NCBI GenBank assembly: GCA_023248155.1
Contig: JAHFFE010000001.1
Span: 20,873 to 84,872, forward strand
Origin: Candidatus Omnitrophota bacterium
GTDB taxonomy: Bacteria; Omnitrophota; Gorgyraeia; 1-14-0-20-64-10
Direction: 5' to 3'
Length of the DNA stretch: 64,000 nucleotides
The translations under genes and the position numbers were made by a program. Below are positions 8,732 through 17,294 of this stretch, piece after piece (positions within the stretch are counted from its first letter, which is position 1; every line of letters starts with the position of its first letter). The notes beneath the pieces are model-generated. The model ran no database searches. It was not told the DNA's origin and saw nothing but the letters and a program-made list of their open reading frames with translations.

Positions 8732-9163
8732 TTATTCGGTAGTTTGCCCGGCTGCCTTGGCGCCAGTGGTCTGAATTGCAAGTTTTTCAATACCCAGCTG
8801 GCGTACCTGATCCAGAATTTTAACCACATCGCCAAAATAAGCGGTTTCATCGGCGTTAATCAATACTTTCAGATCATCATTCTTCCGCTTCAGCGCTTTC
8901 AGACGGGACGGAACTTCATCGGCTTTCATTAATTCCCGGTTTAAATAAACGCGGCCGGCATCAGTCACCGTGATCGTCACAGAGGTGGTCCTTTGCTGAG
9001 ACTGGCCGGTGGAAGCTTTCGGCAAGTGCACTGAAACACCCTGATTTTTAACCATCGACAGCGACACCATCACGAACGTGGCCAGCAAAAAGAACATGAT
9101 GTCGATCAGCGGGATGATTTCGATGCGCGCGCGGCGGCGCCCCTGCTGGGATGGAATCCTCAT
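8732..9163 (-). CDS. exbD: Biopolymer transport protein ExbD/TolR
   Basis: 143 aa. IPLIDIMFFLLATFVMVS is the single TM of ExbD-family proteins. Confidence 0.8.
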   Translation of the reverse strand: MRIPSQQGRRRARIEIIPLIDIMFFLLATFVMVSLSMVKNQGVSVHLPKASTGQSQQRTTSVTITVTDAGRVYLNRELMKADEVPSRLKALKRKNDDLKVLINADETAYFGDVVKILDQVRQLGIEKLAIQTTGAKAAGQTTE

Positions 9164-9768
9164 TCGCGCCTTGCCGGTTCCATCAATAACAGTTCCAAAT
9201 GGGTCGACGCGTCTTCGATTTCACGTCGGGCTTCCTCGACGCGGGCATTCAGATAGTTAAACGGAATCAACGCGATAATTGCGATCGTCAAACCGAACGC
9301 CGTAGCGATCAGCGCTTCGGCGATGCCGCCGGTAATCGCGTCTGGAGCATCCAACTCCTGCGCTCCCAAAAGACCGAATGAACGGATCAATCCGGATACC
9401 GTGCCCAACAACCCCAGCAACGGCGCCAGCGTAATAATCGTATCGAGTATCGGCAATCCGCGGCTAAATCGTTGAAGTTCCCGCTCGGCCGCCTGCAGCA
9501 GCGCGCTCGAAAACGATTTGTTCCGGTGCTGCAATCCGTAAACCAGCGTGCGCGCGACGAAATCTTCAGAGTTTTTTCCGGTTTCAATCGCCTTGACCAT
9601 ATCGGCGTTTTCCGTCTGGCTCAGAATCTGGGCCACCACGGACGGATTGCGCGAATCCAGTTCCCGCAAAATAAAGATCACCCTCTCGATCACCACGGCC
9701 AGTGCCACAATCGATGTCAGCAACAAGGGCCACATGATCGGCCCGCCCTTCAGAAAAAAATCCAGCAT
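9160..9768 (-). CDS. exbB: MotA/TolQ/ExbB proton channel
   Basis: 202 aa. The TM architecture and the LGLLGTVSGLIRSF motif match the ExbB family. It overlaps exbD by 4 nt. Confidence 0.8.
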   Translation of the reverse strand: MLDFFLKGGPIMWPLLLTSIVALAVVIERVIFILRELDSRNPSVVAQILSQTENADMVKAIETGKNSEDFVARTLVYGLQHRNKSFSSALLQAAERELQRFSRGLPILDTIITLAPLLGLLGTVSGLIRSFGLLGAQELDAPDAITGGIAEALIATAFGLTIAIIALIPFNYLNARVEEARREIEDASTHLELLLMEPARRE

Positions 9769-9836
9769 CGTTCGCTCCCTTTATCTGTTTTTCTTTAACC
9801 GCCGCCAGGCCATCGCGCATCCAGTCCAGATCAACA

Positions 9837-10247
9837 TTATAACCCCGGCCGGCGAAATCGCCGCCGCTTGCGCCTAAAAAACAGGTGCCATGCGATCAGG
9901 AGCGGTGAGCCGAGCCCGAGAATGCTGTGCGCGGCGCTGGTCCACGCACGGAGAGTTTCATTTCCACTGTAATAGAGCCCGTATCCGGTCACAGCCAATC
10001 CGACCGTTACGGCAATAAGCGTATGGCCGCTGGCTAGATTCTTTCCGGCAGCCCTTCCTTTTTTAATATGGGTGGGGATCAAAACTCCAAACACCACCAG
10101 AAAAATCATGGCGGCGGCGCCGTGAATTGCCAGCAGCCATGGGATGGACAACCCGGGGCGATGGAAAATCCACCAAGCTCCTCCGGAGATCCATAGAATC
10201 CATCCGGTGTTATAAAACCAGATTTTCTGTCCCGGCGTGAGTTTCAT
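9837..10247 (-). CDS. His-rich polytopic membrane protein (DUF4405-like, putative haem-b binder)
   Basis: 136 aa with four TM helices and conserved His in TM segments (IFHRPG, AIHGAAAM, IPTHIKKG, IAWHLFF). Its stop overlaps the apbE start. Confidence 0.4.
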   Translation of the reverse strand: MKLTPGQKIWFYNTGWILWISGGAWWIFHRPGLSIPWLLAIHGAAAMIFLVVFGVLIPTHIKKGRAAGKNLASGHTLIAVTVGLAVTGYGLYYSGNETLRAWTSAAHSILGLGSPLLIAWHLFFRRKRRRFRRPGL

Positions 10248-11119
10248 AAACGATTCAGCGACAGTACGCCGCCGCTCTGGCTAAGAACAACTGCCGACGC
10301 CTGAAATTGTCGGAGAACCGGCTGAGGGAAGTCCGGATCAAGAATCACGGCTTTAGTCAGCGCGTCGGCAATAAGGCAGTCAGGTGCAAAAAGAGAAACG
10401 CTTCGACGGCCGATCATCGGTTTGCCGGAGGCGGGATGGATCAATGGGGAAACCCGGCGTTTTCGGAATTGCTTGGCGGAAAAATAAGGTGCCGAGGTGG
10501 CGACAGCTGTTTCACGAAATCGTCCGACACACATAAACTTGTGGGGGGCTCCGGGAAGTCGTATTTGCAGCGGATATTCGCGATTACCGAAAAATCTTAG
10601 GTCACCGCCGGCATTCACGCAACCATACGGCACCCCGTCATTCTTAAGACTTTTTACCATCTGATCGACGGAAAAGCCTTTCGCCACTCCTCCCAAATCG
10701 ATGCAAATGGGACGACGGAATCTCACCCGCCGATCGGGTTGCAGCTCGATATCCCCTGAATCGCCTCCATAATTTCCGGCAGCGGAGAGATGGCGCGGCA
10801 GGTAGCCCCACTCCATGAGCGTGGGCGCCACCGTGCAGTCAAACAATCCTCCCGTCGCCGACCATATTCTCTTGGCCATTTTCAAAACCTGATAGGTATA
10901 GGCGTGAACCTGAACGGGGGCTCTCCGCGCCTCACGGTTCAGAGAGTTCGTCTCACTATCGGCATCATGAAAGCTCATGAGCCGCTGAATCAACGCTCCT
11001 GTATCAAACGCCCGGCTCACCGCTTGCAGCAAACGCTCCCGACGGATCCCGCCGACCGAGATTTCGACAAATGTCCCCAACTGGGGTTTCATCCGCCTTA
11101 ATTCAATCACCGGATTCAT
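10244..11119 (-). CDS. apbE: FAD:protein FMN transferase ApbE
   Basis: 291 aa with the GGVAKGFSVDQ motif (ApbE GG[IV]AKG) and the overall ApbE layout. Confidence 0.8.
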   Translation of the reverse strand: MNPVIELRRMKPQLGTFVEISVGGIRRERLLQAVSRAFDTGALIQRLMSFHDADSETNSLNREARRAPVQVHAYTYQVLKMAKRIWSATGGLFDCTVAPTLMEWGYLPRHLSAAGNYGGDSGDIELQPDRRVRFRRPICIDLGGVAKGFSVDQMVKSLKNDGVPYGCVNAGGDLRFFGNREYPLQIRLPGAPHKFMCVGRFRETAVATSAPYFSAKQFRKRRVSPLIHPASGKPMIGRRSVSLFAPDCLIADALTKAVILDPDFPQPVLRQFQASAVVLSQSGGVLSLNRL

Positions 11120-11657
11120 GCGCCAAGATAATTTGATGTAAGGCCAGAAGCCGCTTCACCCCATCCGTAATATTACGGCACGAAAGCGTTGCCCCCGAAA
11201 TGTTTGGAATGTCCACCTCCAGCTTGAACGGGTCGCTGAGCGATTTCCCTTTAAAATGGCCTCTCCACTCGGCGTCCCGAACTTCTCCTCCGTGGGTTTC
11301 GCGATAACTCAAAATTTCAACGCCGATCACTTTTCCGTCGGCGGATAAGGCGGCGGCATAAGTAATAAATTCGTGCTTGCCGATCACCTCATCCACGATG
11401 AACCACCCCAAGAAACCACCCGCCTTCTCGACCCGCCAGACCCGCTGCTGGTCCCAGCGCTGGCTCATTCCCGAGATCGATTTGATTTGCTTCTTTTGGG
11501 AGGCCGTCAAAAGAACGGTGTGTTCTTTGAAAGTTCCCGCGTCGGGAAACAGCAGCTCTTGCGCCTGCGGAATGGATAGGTAATCCGCCGCGTAAACCGG
11601 GGCCACAATGGCCGCCGGCGACAACAGCGCTATCCGGACCCAGCTGCGCTTGTTCAC
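11103..11657 (-). CDS. Periplasmic FMN-binding domain protein (NqrC/RnfG-like flavinylation target)
   Basis: Signal peptide, then an FMN_bind-like domain carrying the flavinylation motif DIPNISGATLS ([S/T]GA[T/S]). Confidence 0.65.
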   Translation of the reverse strand: MNKRSWVRIALLSPAAIVAPVYAADYLSIPQAQELLFPDAGTFKEHTVLLTASQKKQIKSISGMSQRWDQQRVWRVEKAGGFLGWFIVDEVIGKHEFITYAAALSADGKVIGVEILSYRETHGGEVRDAEWRGHFKGKSLSDPFKLEVDIPNISGATLSCRNITDGVKRLLALHQIILAHESGD

Positions 11658-11659
11658 GA

Positions 11660-12562
11660 CTAAAAGTTAAAGCCGACTTTCAAGCGGACTTCTTGCTTGG
11701 TCTTTTCAATGAGGTGCAGATTGGAAATCGACTGATCCGCATATTCCTCGCCGCCTCCCGCGACCTGAGGGAACCAGGTCAGAGTCGCCCACCATTTCGA
11801 CCCGCCGTAATGGAGTGACGGCCCGGCAAACAAGCTCCATCGCTCCTGCCCCACCTCGGTCTCGAATTCCGTTTCATACAGCGTTTCCGCGCCGATAAAC
11901 CAGTTGGGGGCAAAGCGATAACTCAGTCCAGTCCCCAATTTAAATTCGAGTTCTACTTCAGGGTTTGTCGTCCATTCAAAATCCGTGGGCAGATCGTCAA
12001 TCTCACCCCGGACGGCATAAGTCCCCTCGGTGGCCGCATTCCAAACCCAAATCAGCTGCCCTTCCATAAAATATTTCTGAAGCTGGAGCCCCGTTTCGAG
12101 GGAAGCGGTATCTTTTTTTCGGCCCGAATGAGGATCCAGCCAGGCGTAGTCCAATCCAAGAGTGCCGGACAAACCGATATTGTCTTTTGCCGGGGCCAGG
12201 AAATTGTACTTCAGCGCCGCTTCCATCCCGGAAAGTTTAGGCCCATACTCCTTGTCACCAGGCAAATATCCGTCGATGACCAGCCCTTTGGTGTCAATGC
12301 TCTGAAAATTCAAGCCGCCGGTTGCCGATAAACGATGGGTGACGCCGTATTCCGCTTCGGCTTCCAGATTCCAAGCCGTGTAATCACCCCTGCCTTTGCC
12401 CGACCTGAGCGTGGTCACCTCATAGAGTTCCCATGCCCCTTTCGGCAGCGTTTCGGATCCCTTCACATAACCAAACAGGTTTTCGTCGGCAAATGCCGAT
12501 GATGCGAAAACTGCCACGCCCAGACACAACGCGAACCATTTCAAAAACTTCGTTAACTTCAT
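11660..12562 (-). CDS. Outer-membrane beta-barrel protein
   Basis: 300 aa with a signal peptide, alternating amphipathic beta-strand periodicity and a C-terminal ...KVGFNF ending in an aromatic residue. It heads the FMN-binding and ApbE operon. Confidence 0.5.
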   Translation of the reverse strand: MKLTKFLKWFALCLGVAVFASSAFADENLFGYVKGSETLPKGAWELYEVTTLRSGKGRGDYTAWNLEAEAEYGVTHRLSATGGLNFQSIDTKGLVIDGYLPGDKEYGPKLSGMEAALKYNFLAPAKDNIGLSGTLGLDYAWLDPHSGRKKDTASLETGLQLQKYFMEGQLIWVWNAATEGTYAVRGEIDDLPTDFEWTTNPEVELEFKLGTGLSYRFAPNWFIGAETLYETEFETEVGQERWSLFAGPSLHYGGSKWWATLTWFPQVAGGGEEYADQSISNLHLIEKTKQEVRLKVGFNF

Positions 12563-12563
12563 T

Positions 12564-12815
12564 CTAGGGATCTCCTTGTCTTTTTGTTTTCAGCGTGGGG
12601 GCGCTGGACGCAGAGGTCTCCGCCTTTCTATTCTTATAATTGTCGATTTGAATCACCACGACGCGCTTGCAGCGCGAGCACTTCAACTCCAGCGCGAACT
12701 CCGGCAGAAGCTTTGCCAACAAGCGGCCGCAGCCACAGCGCAGTTCAGAGCCGCACAAACTTACTTCGATTGATCCGCTCACGCTCGGCTGCCGGAAGCT
12801 GCCTGAACCATCCAT
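12564..12815 (-). CDS. Mu Com-like zinc-finger small protein
   Basis: LRCGCGRLLAKLLPEFALELKCSRCKRVVVI matches the Com family C-x2-C...C-x2-C zinc ribbon. The true start is probably an internal TTG giving about 63 aa. Confidence 0.35.
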   Translation of the reverse strand: MDGSGSFRQPSVSGSIEVSLCGSELRCGCGRLLAKLLPEFALELKCSRCKRVVVIQIDNYKNRKAETSASSAPTLKTKRQGDP

Positions 12816-12997
12816 CCGCCTATGCCCGGACGCAGCACGATCAATCCTTCCTTATATAAACATCCGAGCGCCATCAGAAGCAGATCGCGTGAACAGGAAC
12901 GCGAATCCGCAAGCGCTTCAGCCGGCAGCTTCCCTCCGCCGCGTTCCAAAGCCAGTAAAATTTCTCCGGATAAAATGCTCACTTCCGTGATGCTCAT
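12779..12997 (-). CDS. Small winged-helix (DUF2582-like) protein
   Basis: 72 aa. DLLLMALGCLYKEGLIVL resembles the conserved LMALGWL.REGKI helix of small wHTH proteins. It overlaps the Com-like ORF. Confidence 0.3.
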   Translation of the reverse strand: MSITEVSILSGEILLALERGGGKLPAEALADSRSCSRDLLLMALGCLYKEGLIVLRPGIGGWMVQAASGSRA

Positions 12998-13140
12998 TGG
13001 ATTCGCCTCAAAAAATGGTCGGCACGCGACGCAGGGTTATTCGGGGTCTCGCCATTCGGTATGATATTGAGACTTAATCTCAATTAGAGCACCGAAAGGC
13101 GCCTCTGTCAAGATTATTTTTTAAGCGGGACTTTCTCTAT

Positions 13141-13308
13141 TTAATCAGCATTAAGAACCGGCCCCTTGTGATGGGCGCAGGTGCAGCCGGTATCTTCGGC
13201 GCAGCCACGGCAGCAATAATTATCTCCGTCGTCCATGTAACCTTTGCCGCCGTCCTCCCAGCTCTTGTCTTGCTGCATTCCGCAATTCGGACAACTTAAC
13301 TTTGGCAT
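13141..13308 (-). CDS. Bacterial metallothionein-like Cys-rich small protein (SmtA/BmtA-like), 55 aa
   Basis: Hand translation of a sub-60-aa ORF gives MPKLSCPNCGMQQDKSWEDGGKGYMDDGDNYCCRGCAEDTGCTCAHHKGPVLNAD. A GAGGG Shine-Dalgarno lies 6 nt upstream. The motif DG.NYCC.GCAE resembles the SmtA core GLYYCSEACADGH. The ORF is not in the supplied track. Confidence 0.5.
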   Translation of the reverse strand: MPKLSCPNCGMQQDKSWEDGGKGYMDDGDNYCCRGCAEDTGCTCAHHKGPVLNAD

Positions 13309-13310
13309 CG

Positions 13311-13742
13311 TCAGACCCTCCTCTTTCTGAAGAACGTGTGGCTTCCTATTTTGACGGTCACTTCCATCTCTTTGGCCCAGCGAGGGAGGCCGAATTGTTC
13401 CACGTTTTCAAAGTGGGTGGCATTGCGCGTCAGATTAGATCCCTCCCGCGCTTTCTGGAGCGCCCGCCTTGCCTGCTGACGGGTCCAGTCCGGCTGTGCC
13501 AGCAAAAACTGATCGAGGTCCTTCCGCTGAATCCCTGAAAATCCGCGCACGCTCCATTCGCGGTTGCGCAGGACCTCCGCCACTCCGACCTTGCCTTCAT
13601 ACGGCTCTCCGGCCGCTTCTGAAATAATGACGGCCTCCAGAGTACTCTCCCGCCGCTGATCCACATGGGCCATCGCACTCCGTGCGATCAGGAGACTGCT
13701 CACCAAGAAACCGATCCCATAGAATACGGTGTTCTGTTTCAT
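13311..13742 (-). CDS. SleB-type cell-wall hydrolase domain protein
   Basis: Signal peptide and the Hydrolase_2 motif AVIISEAAGEPYEGKVGVAEVLRNR. Confidence 0.6.
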   Translation of the reverse strand: MKQNTVFYGIGFLVSSLLIARSAMAHVDQRRESTLEAVIISEAAGEPYEGKVGVAEVLRNREWSVRGFSGIQRKDLDQFLLAQPDWTRQQARRALQKAREGSNLTRNATHFENVEQFGLPRWAKEMEVTVKIGSHTFFRKRRV

Positions 13743-13787
13743 GGCTGTTCACGGCTTTCGCCGCTCGTAGGGCGGAATAGGTCCTCA

Positions 13788-14156
13788 TCAAATTCGCGGC
13801 ATCTCGACGCCGACGAAGATGGACCGCGCGATGAACCTTCCGCCGATGACCTGGTACTGAACTTTCACTTCTTTCCCGACTGACAATTCTTCCGGTTTCA
13901 ATCGGAGGCCATCCGAAGAAATAATGGACGTCTCCTTATCAAATAAGAAACTGATTCTTCCGGCGCTGTTATTCTCGGTGTCGCCGGAAGCCGGGTAACG
14001 CATCGGCGGTTTTTGCACCGTCAATGTTCCGTGGGTCCGGTCAACCAGAGAAACTTTCCCGGTGGCGACCTGCTGCTGAGAGTCCGCCAGCGGCAGCGCA
14101 TAAGCACTGCCAACGCTTAACAAAAAAATAAGCGCGCCCGCAATCAATCTTTTCAT
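13788..14156 (-). CDS. Periplasmic beta-rich protein, paralog of 14186-14608
   Basis: Signal peptide (MKRLIAGALIFLLSVGSAYA). GKVSLVDRTHGTLTVQ...KVQYQVIGGRFIARSI echoes KVHYKVHGDKRVATSV in the neighbouring gene. The start is taken at the internal Met. Confidence 0.45.
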   Translation of the reverse strand: MKRLIAGALIFLLSVGSAYALPLADSQQQVATGKVSLVDRTHGTLTVQKPPMRYPASGDTENNSAGRISFLFDKETSIISSDGLRLKPEELSVGKEVKVQYQVIGGRFIARSIFVGVEMPRI

Positions 14157-14185
14157 GGTTCCACCTCTTTTTTTTAAGCTCTTCT

Positions 14186-14608
14186 TTAAGGCAGCCCCGG
14201 ACTCTTCCAATCGTTCATGGCGGGGGCAAATCGGGCTGCGGGCATCTGAATTGAGACCGATGTCGCCACCCGTTTATCGCCATGAACTTTATAGTGCACC
14301 TTGACGCGCTGGCCGCGCACCAGCTCCTGAAGCGAGGCGACCTGTCCCTCGAGTAAAACAACGGTCTCCGCGGAATCCAGCACCACATCGACAACGGCAC
14401 TTTCCCCCGTATTCAGACGCAGCGTCAGGGAGGAATGATCCGGCTGCAGAGATTCAATGGTGCCCTCGGCGCTCCCTGAATAATAGGCGGTTGATAAACT
14501 GTTGTTGTTGCAAGAAGCTAACTCCAGCGTATTCACAACAACGATCCCCGCCATGATCACCACAGGTATCCATAGAAGCCTTTTTGTCTCGCTTTTTATC
14601 GGTCTCAT
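14186..14608 (-). CDS. Lipoprotein, paralog of 13788-14156
   Basis: LASC lipobox. GTIESLQPDHSSLTLRL...VKVHYKVHGDKRVATSVSI suggests an OB-fold-like periplasmic domain. It lies downstream of the two-component system. Confidence 0.45.
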   Translation of the reverse strand: MRPIKSETKRLLWIPVVIMAGIVVVNTLELASCNNNSLSTAYYSGSAEGTIESLQPDHSSLTLRLNTGESAVVDVVLDSAETVVLLEGQVASLQELVRGQRVKVHYKVHGDKRVATSVSIQMPAARFAPAMNDWKSPGLP

Positions 14609-14719
14609 CGGAGTACCTCCTTCCAATACTTTTCTCGCTATCCAATAGGAGATTACCGCATGAAGATAAAGCGAGGGTGAACTTTGCGTTACAACTTATT
14701 TATCTGAGACCGGTTCTAA

Positions 14720-16228
14720 TCAGCCGACAGGCGGCGGAACAGAGGGAAACCGGACGGTAAAAATGGCGCCCTGCCCGGGAGGACTTGCGGCGGAAATCTG
14801 TCCACTGTGTACTTCGACAATCCAACGGCACAAACCAAGACCCAAGCCTGTGGATGGCATTTCGCTTTTTGAAGATTTTTTTCTGAAAAATCGATCAAAA
14901 ATATGCGGGAGTTCTTCGGAAGAAATTCCATTGCCCGTGTCGCGCACTATAAGGCAGGCTTCTTTTTCCTGCAAACCCACCGTGAGTGTAATGACCCCGT
15001 GGGCAGGCGTATGCTTGATCGCATTATCCAGAAAATTGACTATCAGCCGTTCCAGCAAAAGGCGTTCGGCCTGGATCCAAACCGTTTGACGGTTTTGAAT
15101 TTCGATCTGCACTAATTTTTTGCTGGCGATTTCCTGCCAGACAGTGCTGATTTTTCTTACCATGGCGTTTAAATTCACCAGCTCCCATTTCAGCGCCGTT
15201 TCAACCGCTTCGTTGTGCGCCAGCATCAACAACTCTTCAATGATGGCCGACATGGCTTCGGCTTTCTGCAGATGCATTTGCAGGACCCGCTGATACTCCT
15301 CGGGAGTCCGGGGCCTTCGCAGCGCTACTTCCAATTAGCCGCGAATCACCGTCAGCGGCGTGCGCAATTCGTGGGAAGCCGCGGCGCTGAATTGACGCAG
15401 CCGCCGGAAATCATTTTGGAGCCGCGCCAGCATATCATTGAGCGTCAACGACAGATCTTTTAATTCATCGGATGTTTCCGGAACGAAAATCCGTTCTTCG
15501 AGGCGCTGAGAGCTGATCCGTTTCGCCTGGGCAATCATAACGCCTACCGGTTCCAGCGCGGTAGCCGCCAGAAACAAACCGGCAGACCGGGCCGCGATCA
15601 GAATGGCTGGGATCAGCACCACCAATGAAAAAAGAAGCCGGTCGGCCAGAGAACCGGCCTGCTTCATAGAAACCGCCACCTGAACTAAATAGAGTATTCG
15701 GTCATTTTCAATCACGGGCCGCGTCACGACCCGGATTCGCTGGTCTTTTCTTTTAAAAGTTTCGTAGACTGTGTTTTTCTTCAGGCCTTCTGTTATAGCG
15801 TAGGGCGTCAATGGCAGATCCATCTGCCGAAAATTTTGCGAGGCGGTTAACAGGTGCCCGGCGCCATCCACCACCCGGAACCGCCGTTCTGCCGTTAAGG
15901 TGTCGGTTTGCCGGGCCCAGCGGCGCAATAACCCCGGAAGCTCCCCCTTTCCAACGCCCCCCGGAATGGCCACGGCCGGGGCATACTCCCAATTGCCTCG
16001 GGTTGCGTGGGTTGTTGATTGTTCCGCTTCACGGAAAGCAAAAATGGTGCCGGCGATATAGTCGGCCCTTAACACGAGCGTCTTATCGATATCCCGTGTA
16101 AGCCCCGTCACGACGGTCAGATAGAGAGCTCCGCCAAACAAAATCAGGATGGCCGCGAGGATCCGGATATACCAGAGCGTTAACACTTCCCGGATGGATT
16201 GCGGACCGGCTCTATTATTGATCATCAA
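14720..16228 (-). pseudogene. Sensor histidine kinase (periplasmic sensor, HAMP, HisKA, HATPase_c) interrupted by one in-frame TAA at 15335-15337
   Basis: Track ORFs 15335-16228 and 14720-15334 are in the same frame. Minus-strand reading gives ...SHELRTPLTVIRG-TAA-LEVALRRPRTPEEY..., and the stop sits where Tyr or Glu normally follows the H-box. The downstream part carries the N, G1 and G2 boxes (DTGNGI, GLGLGL). Confidence 0.5.
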
Positions 16229-16260
16229 TCGTTGCCCTTCGGTTTACAGGCAGGCGGGAC

Positions 16261-16941
16261 TCATTTCGTTTCGGGGGTTTTCAGCATATAGCCGCTGTCC
16301 CGAACCGTATGAATCAGTTTTTGATCAAAACCGTCATCCACTTTTTTGCGAAGGCGCGCGATGTGCACATTAATCACATTGGAGAATGTGTCGAAATCGT
16401 GCTCCCACACCTGCTCGGACAGCATGGTTCGCGTGACAACCTGGTTGGCATGGCGCAAAAAATATTCGAGGATGGCGAATTCGCGGCCGGTCAGCTTCAA
16501 TTCGCGCCCGCCGCGCGTAACGCGATGGCGCAGCAGATCCATCTGCAGATCATCGACAGTCAAAACGGTGGAGACGACATCACCCCGCCGGCGGAAGAGC
16601 GCCCTGAGCCGGGCCAGCAGCTCACTGAACTTAAACGGCTTGGTCAGATAATCATCGGCTCCCAAGTTGAGACCGGTGACTTTGTCTTCAAGCCGGTCTT
16701 TCGCGGTAAGAATCAAAACAGGAAGGGTCAGGCGTTTTGCGCGCAGAGTTTTAAGAACTTCAAGACCGCCCACCTTGGGAAGCAGCAGATCCAGAATGAT
16801 TAAATCGTATTTCTCCGTTTCGGCAAGAAAAAGGGCTTTCTCGCCGTCCGGCGCGAGGTCAACCGTGTAATGCTCTTCGCGCAGTCCGCGACGAATAAAA
16901 CTGGAGACCGCCGAATCATCCTCTACCAGAAGAATGCGCAT
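16261..16941 (-). CDS. OmpR-family response regulator
   Basis: 226 aa with a receiver domain (LVEDD...DLIILDLLLP...TAKD) and a winged-helix trans_reg_C domain. Confidence 0.85.
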   Translation of the reverse strand: MRILLVEDDSAVSSFIRRGLREEHYTVDLAPDGEKALFLAETEKYDLIILDLLLPKVGGLEVLKTLRAKRLTLPVLILTAKDRLEDKVTGLNLGADDYLTKPFKFSELLARLRALFRRRGDVVSTVLTVDDLQMDLLRHRVTRGGRELKLTGREFAILEYFLRHANQVVTRTMLSEQVWEHDFDTFSNVINVHIARLRKKVDDGFDQKLIHTVRDSGYMLKTPETK

Positions 16942-17052
16942 AAGAACCTCCTGAGAAATTATAACGCAGATAAATAATCTGTAACCTAAAATTCATCCGG
17001 TTTTTATCTGGCCAGGCTAAATTTATTCTAAGAAAAGGAGGCGCGCACAACC

Positions 17053-17292
17053 ATGAGCCATAGAACCCTTTTAAAAAACAGTCTCTCCAGAACCAATGCG
17101 GCGCACGCGGAAGAAATTTCCGTTTTTTACCGTCCCCGGTGCGGCTGTCATTTTTGCGTGTCGATTCGGCACACGGCGGAATCTGACCAGATTCATCGCC
17201 GCTTGGCCGAGGCAGCAGCCTCTGGGGATGAAATTTGGTACAGCCGGATTCTGAAGGAATTCGGAGCACAGCGCTTAAAAGCGGCCTTTTGA
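17053..17292 (+). CDS. Hypothetical small protein
   Basis: 79-aa ORF preceded by a strong AAGGAGG Shine-Dalgarno. It is divergent from the response regulator and contains a CGCHFC motif. No family recognised. Confidence 0.3.
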   Translation: MSHRTLLKNSLSRTNAAHAEEISVFYRPRCGCHFCVSIRHTAESDQIHRRLAEAAASGDEIWYSRILKEFGAQRLKAAF

Positions 17293-17294
17293 TT

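Noticed and set aside
14720-16228. Alternative genetic code (TAA as sense codon) as explanation for the interrupted histidine kinase
   Set aside because: Every other gene in the window reads through cleanly under the standard bacterial code with TAA, TAG and TGA used as stops. A single in-frame TAA is better explained by mutation or sequencing error.
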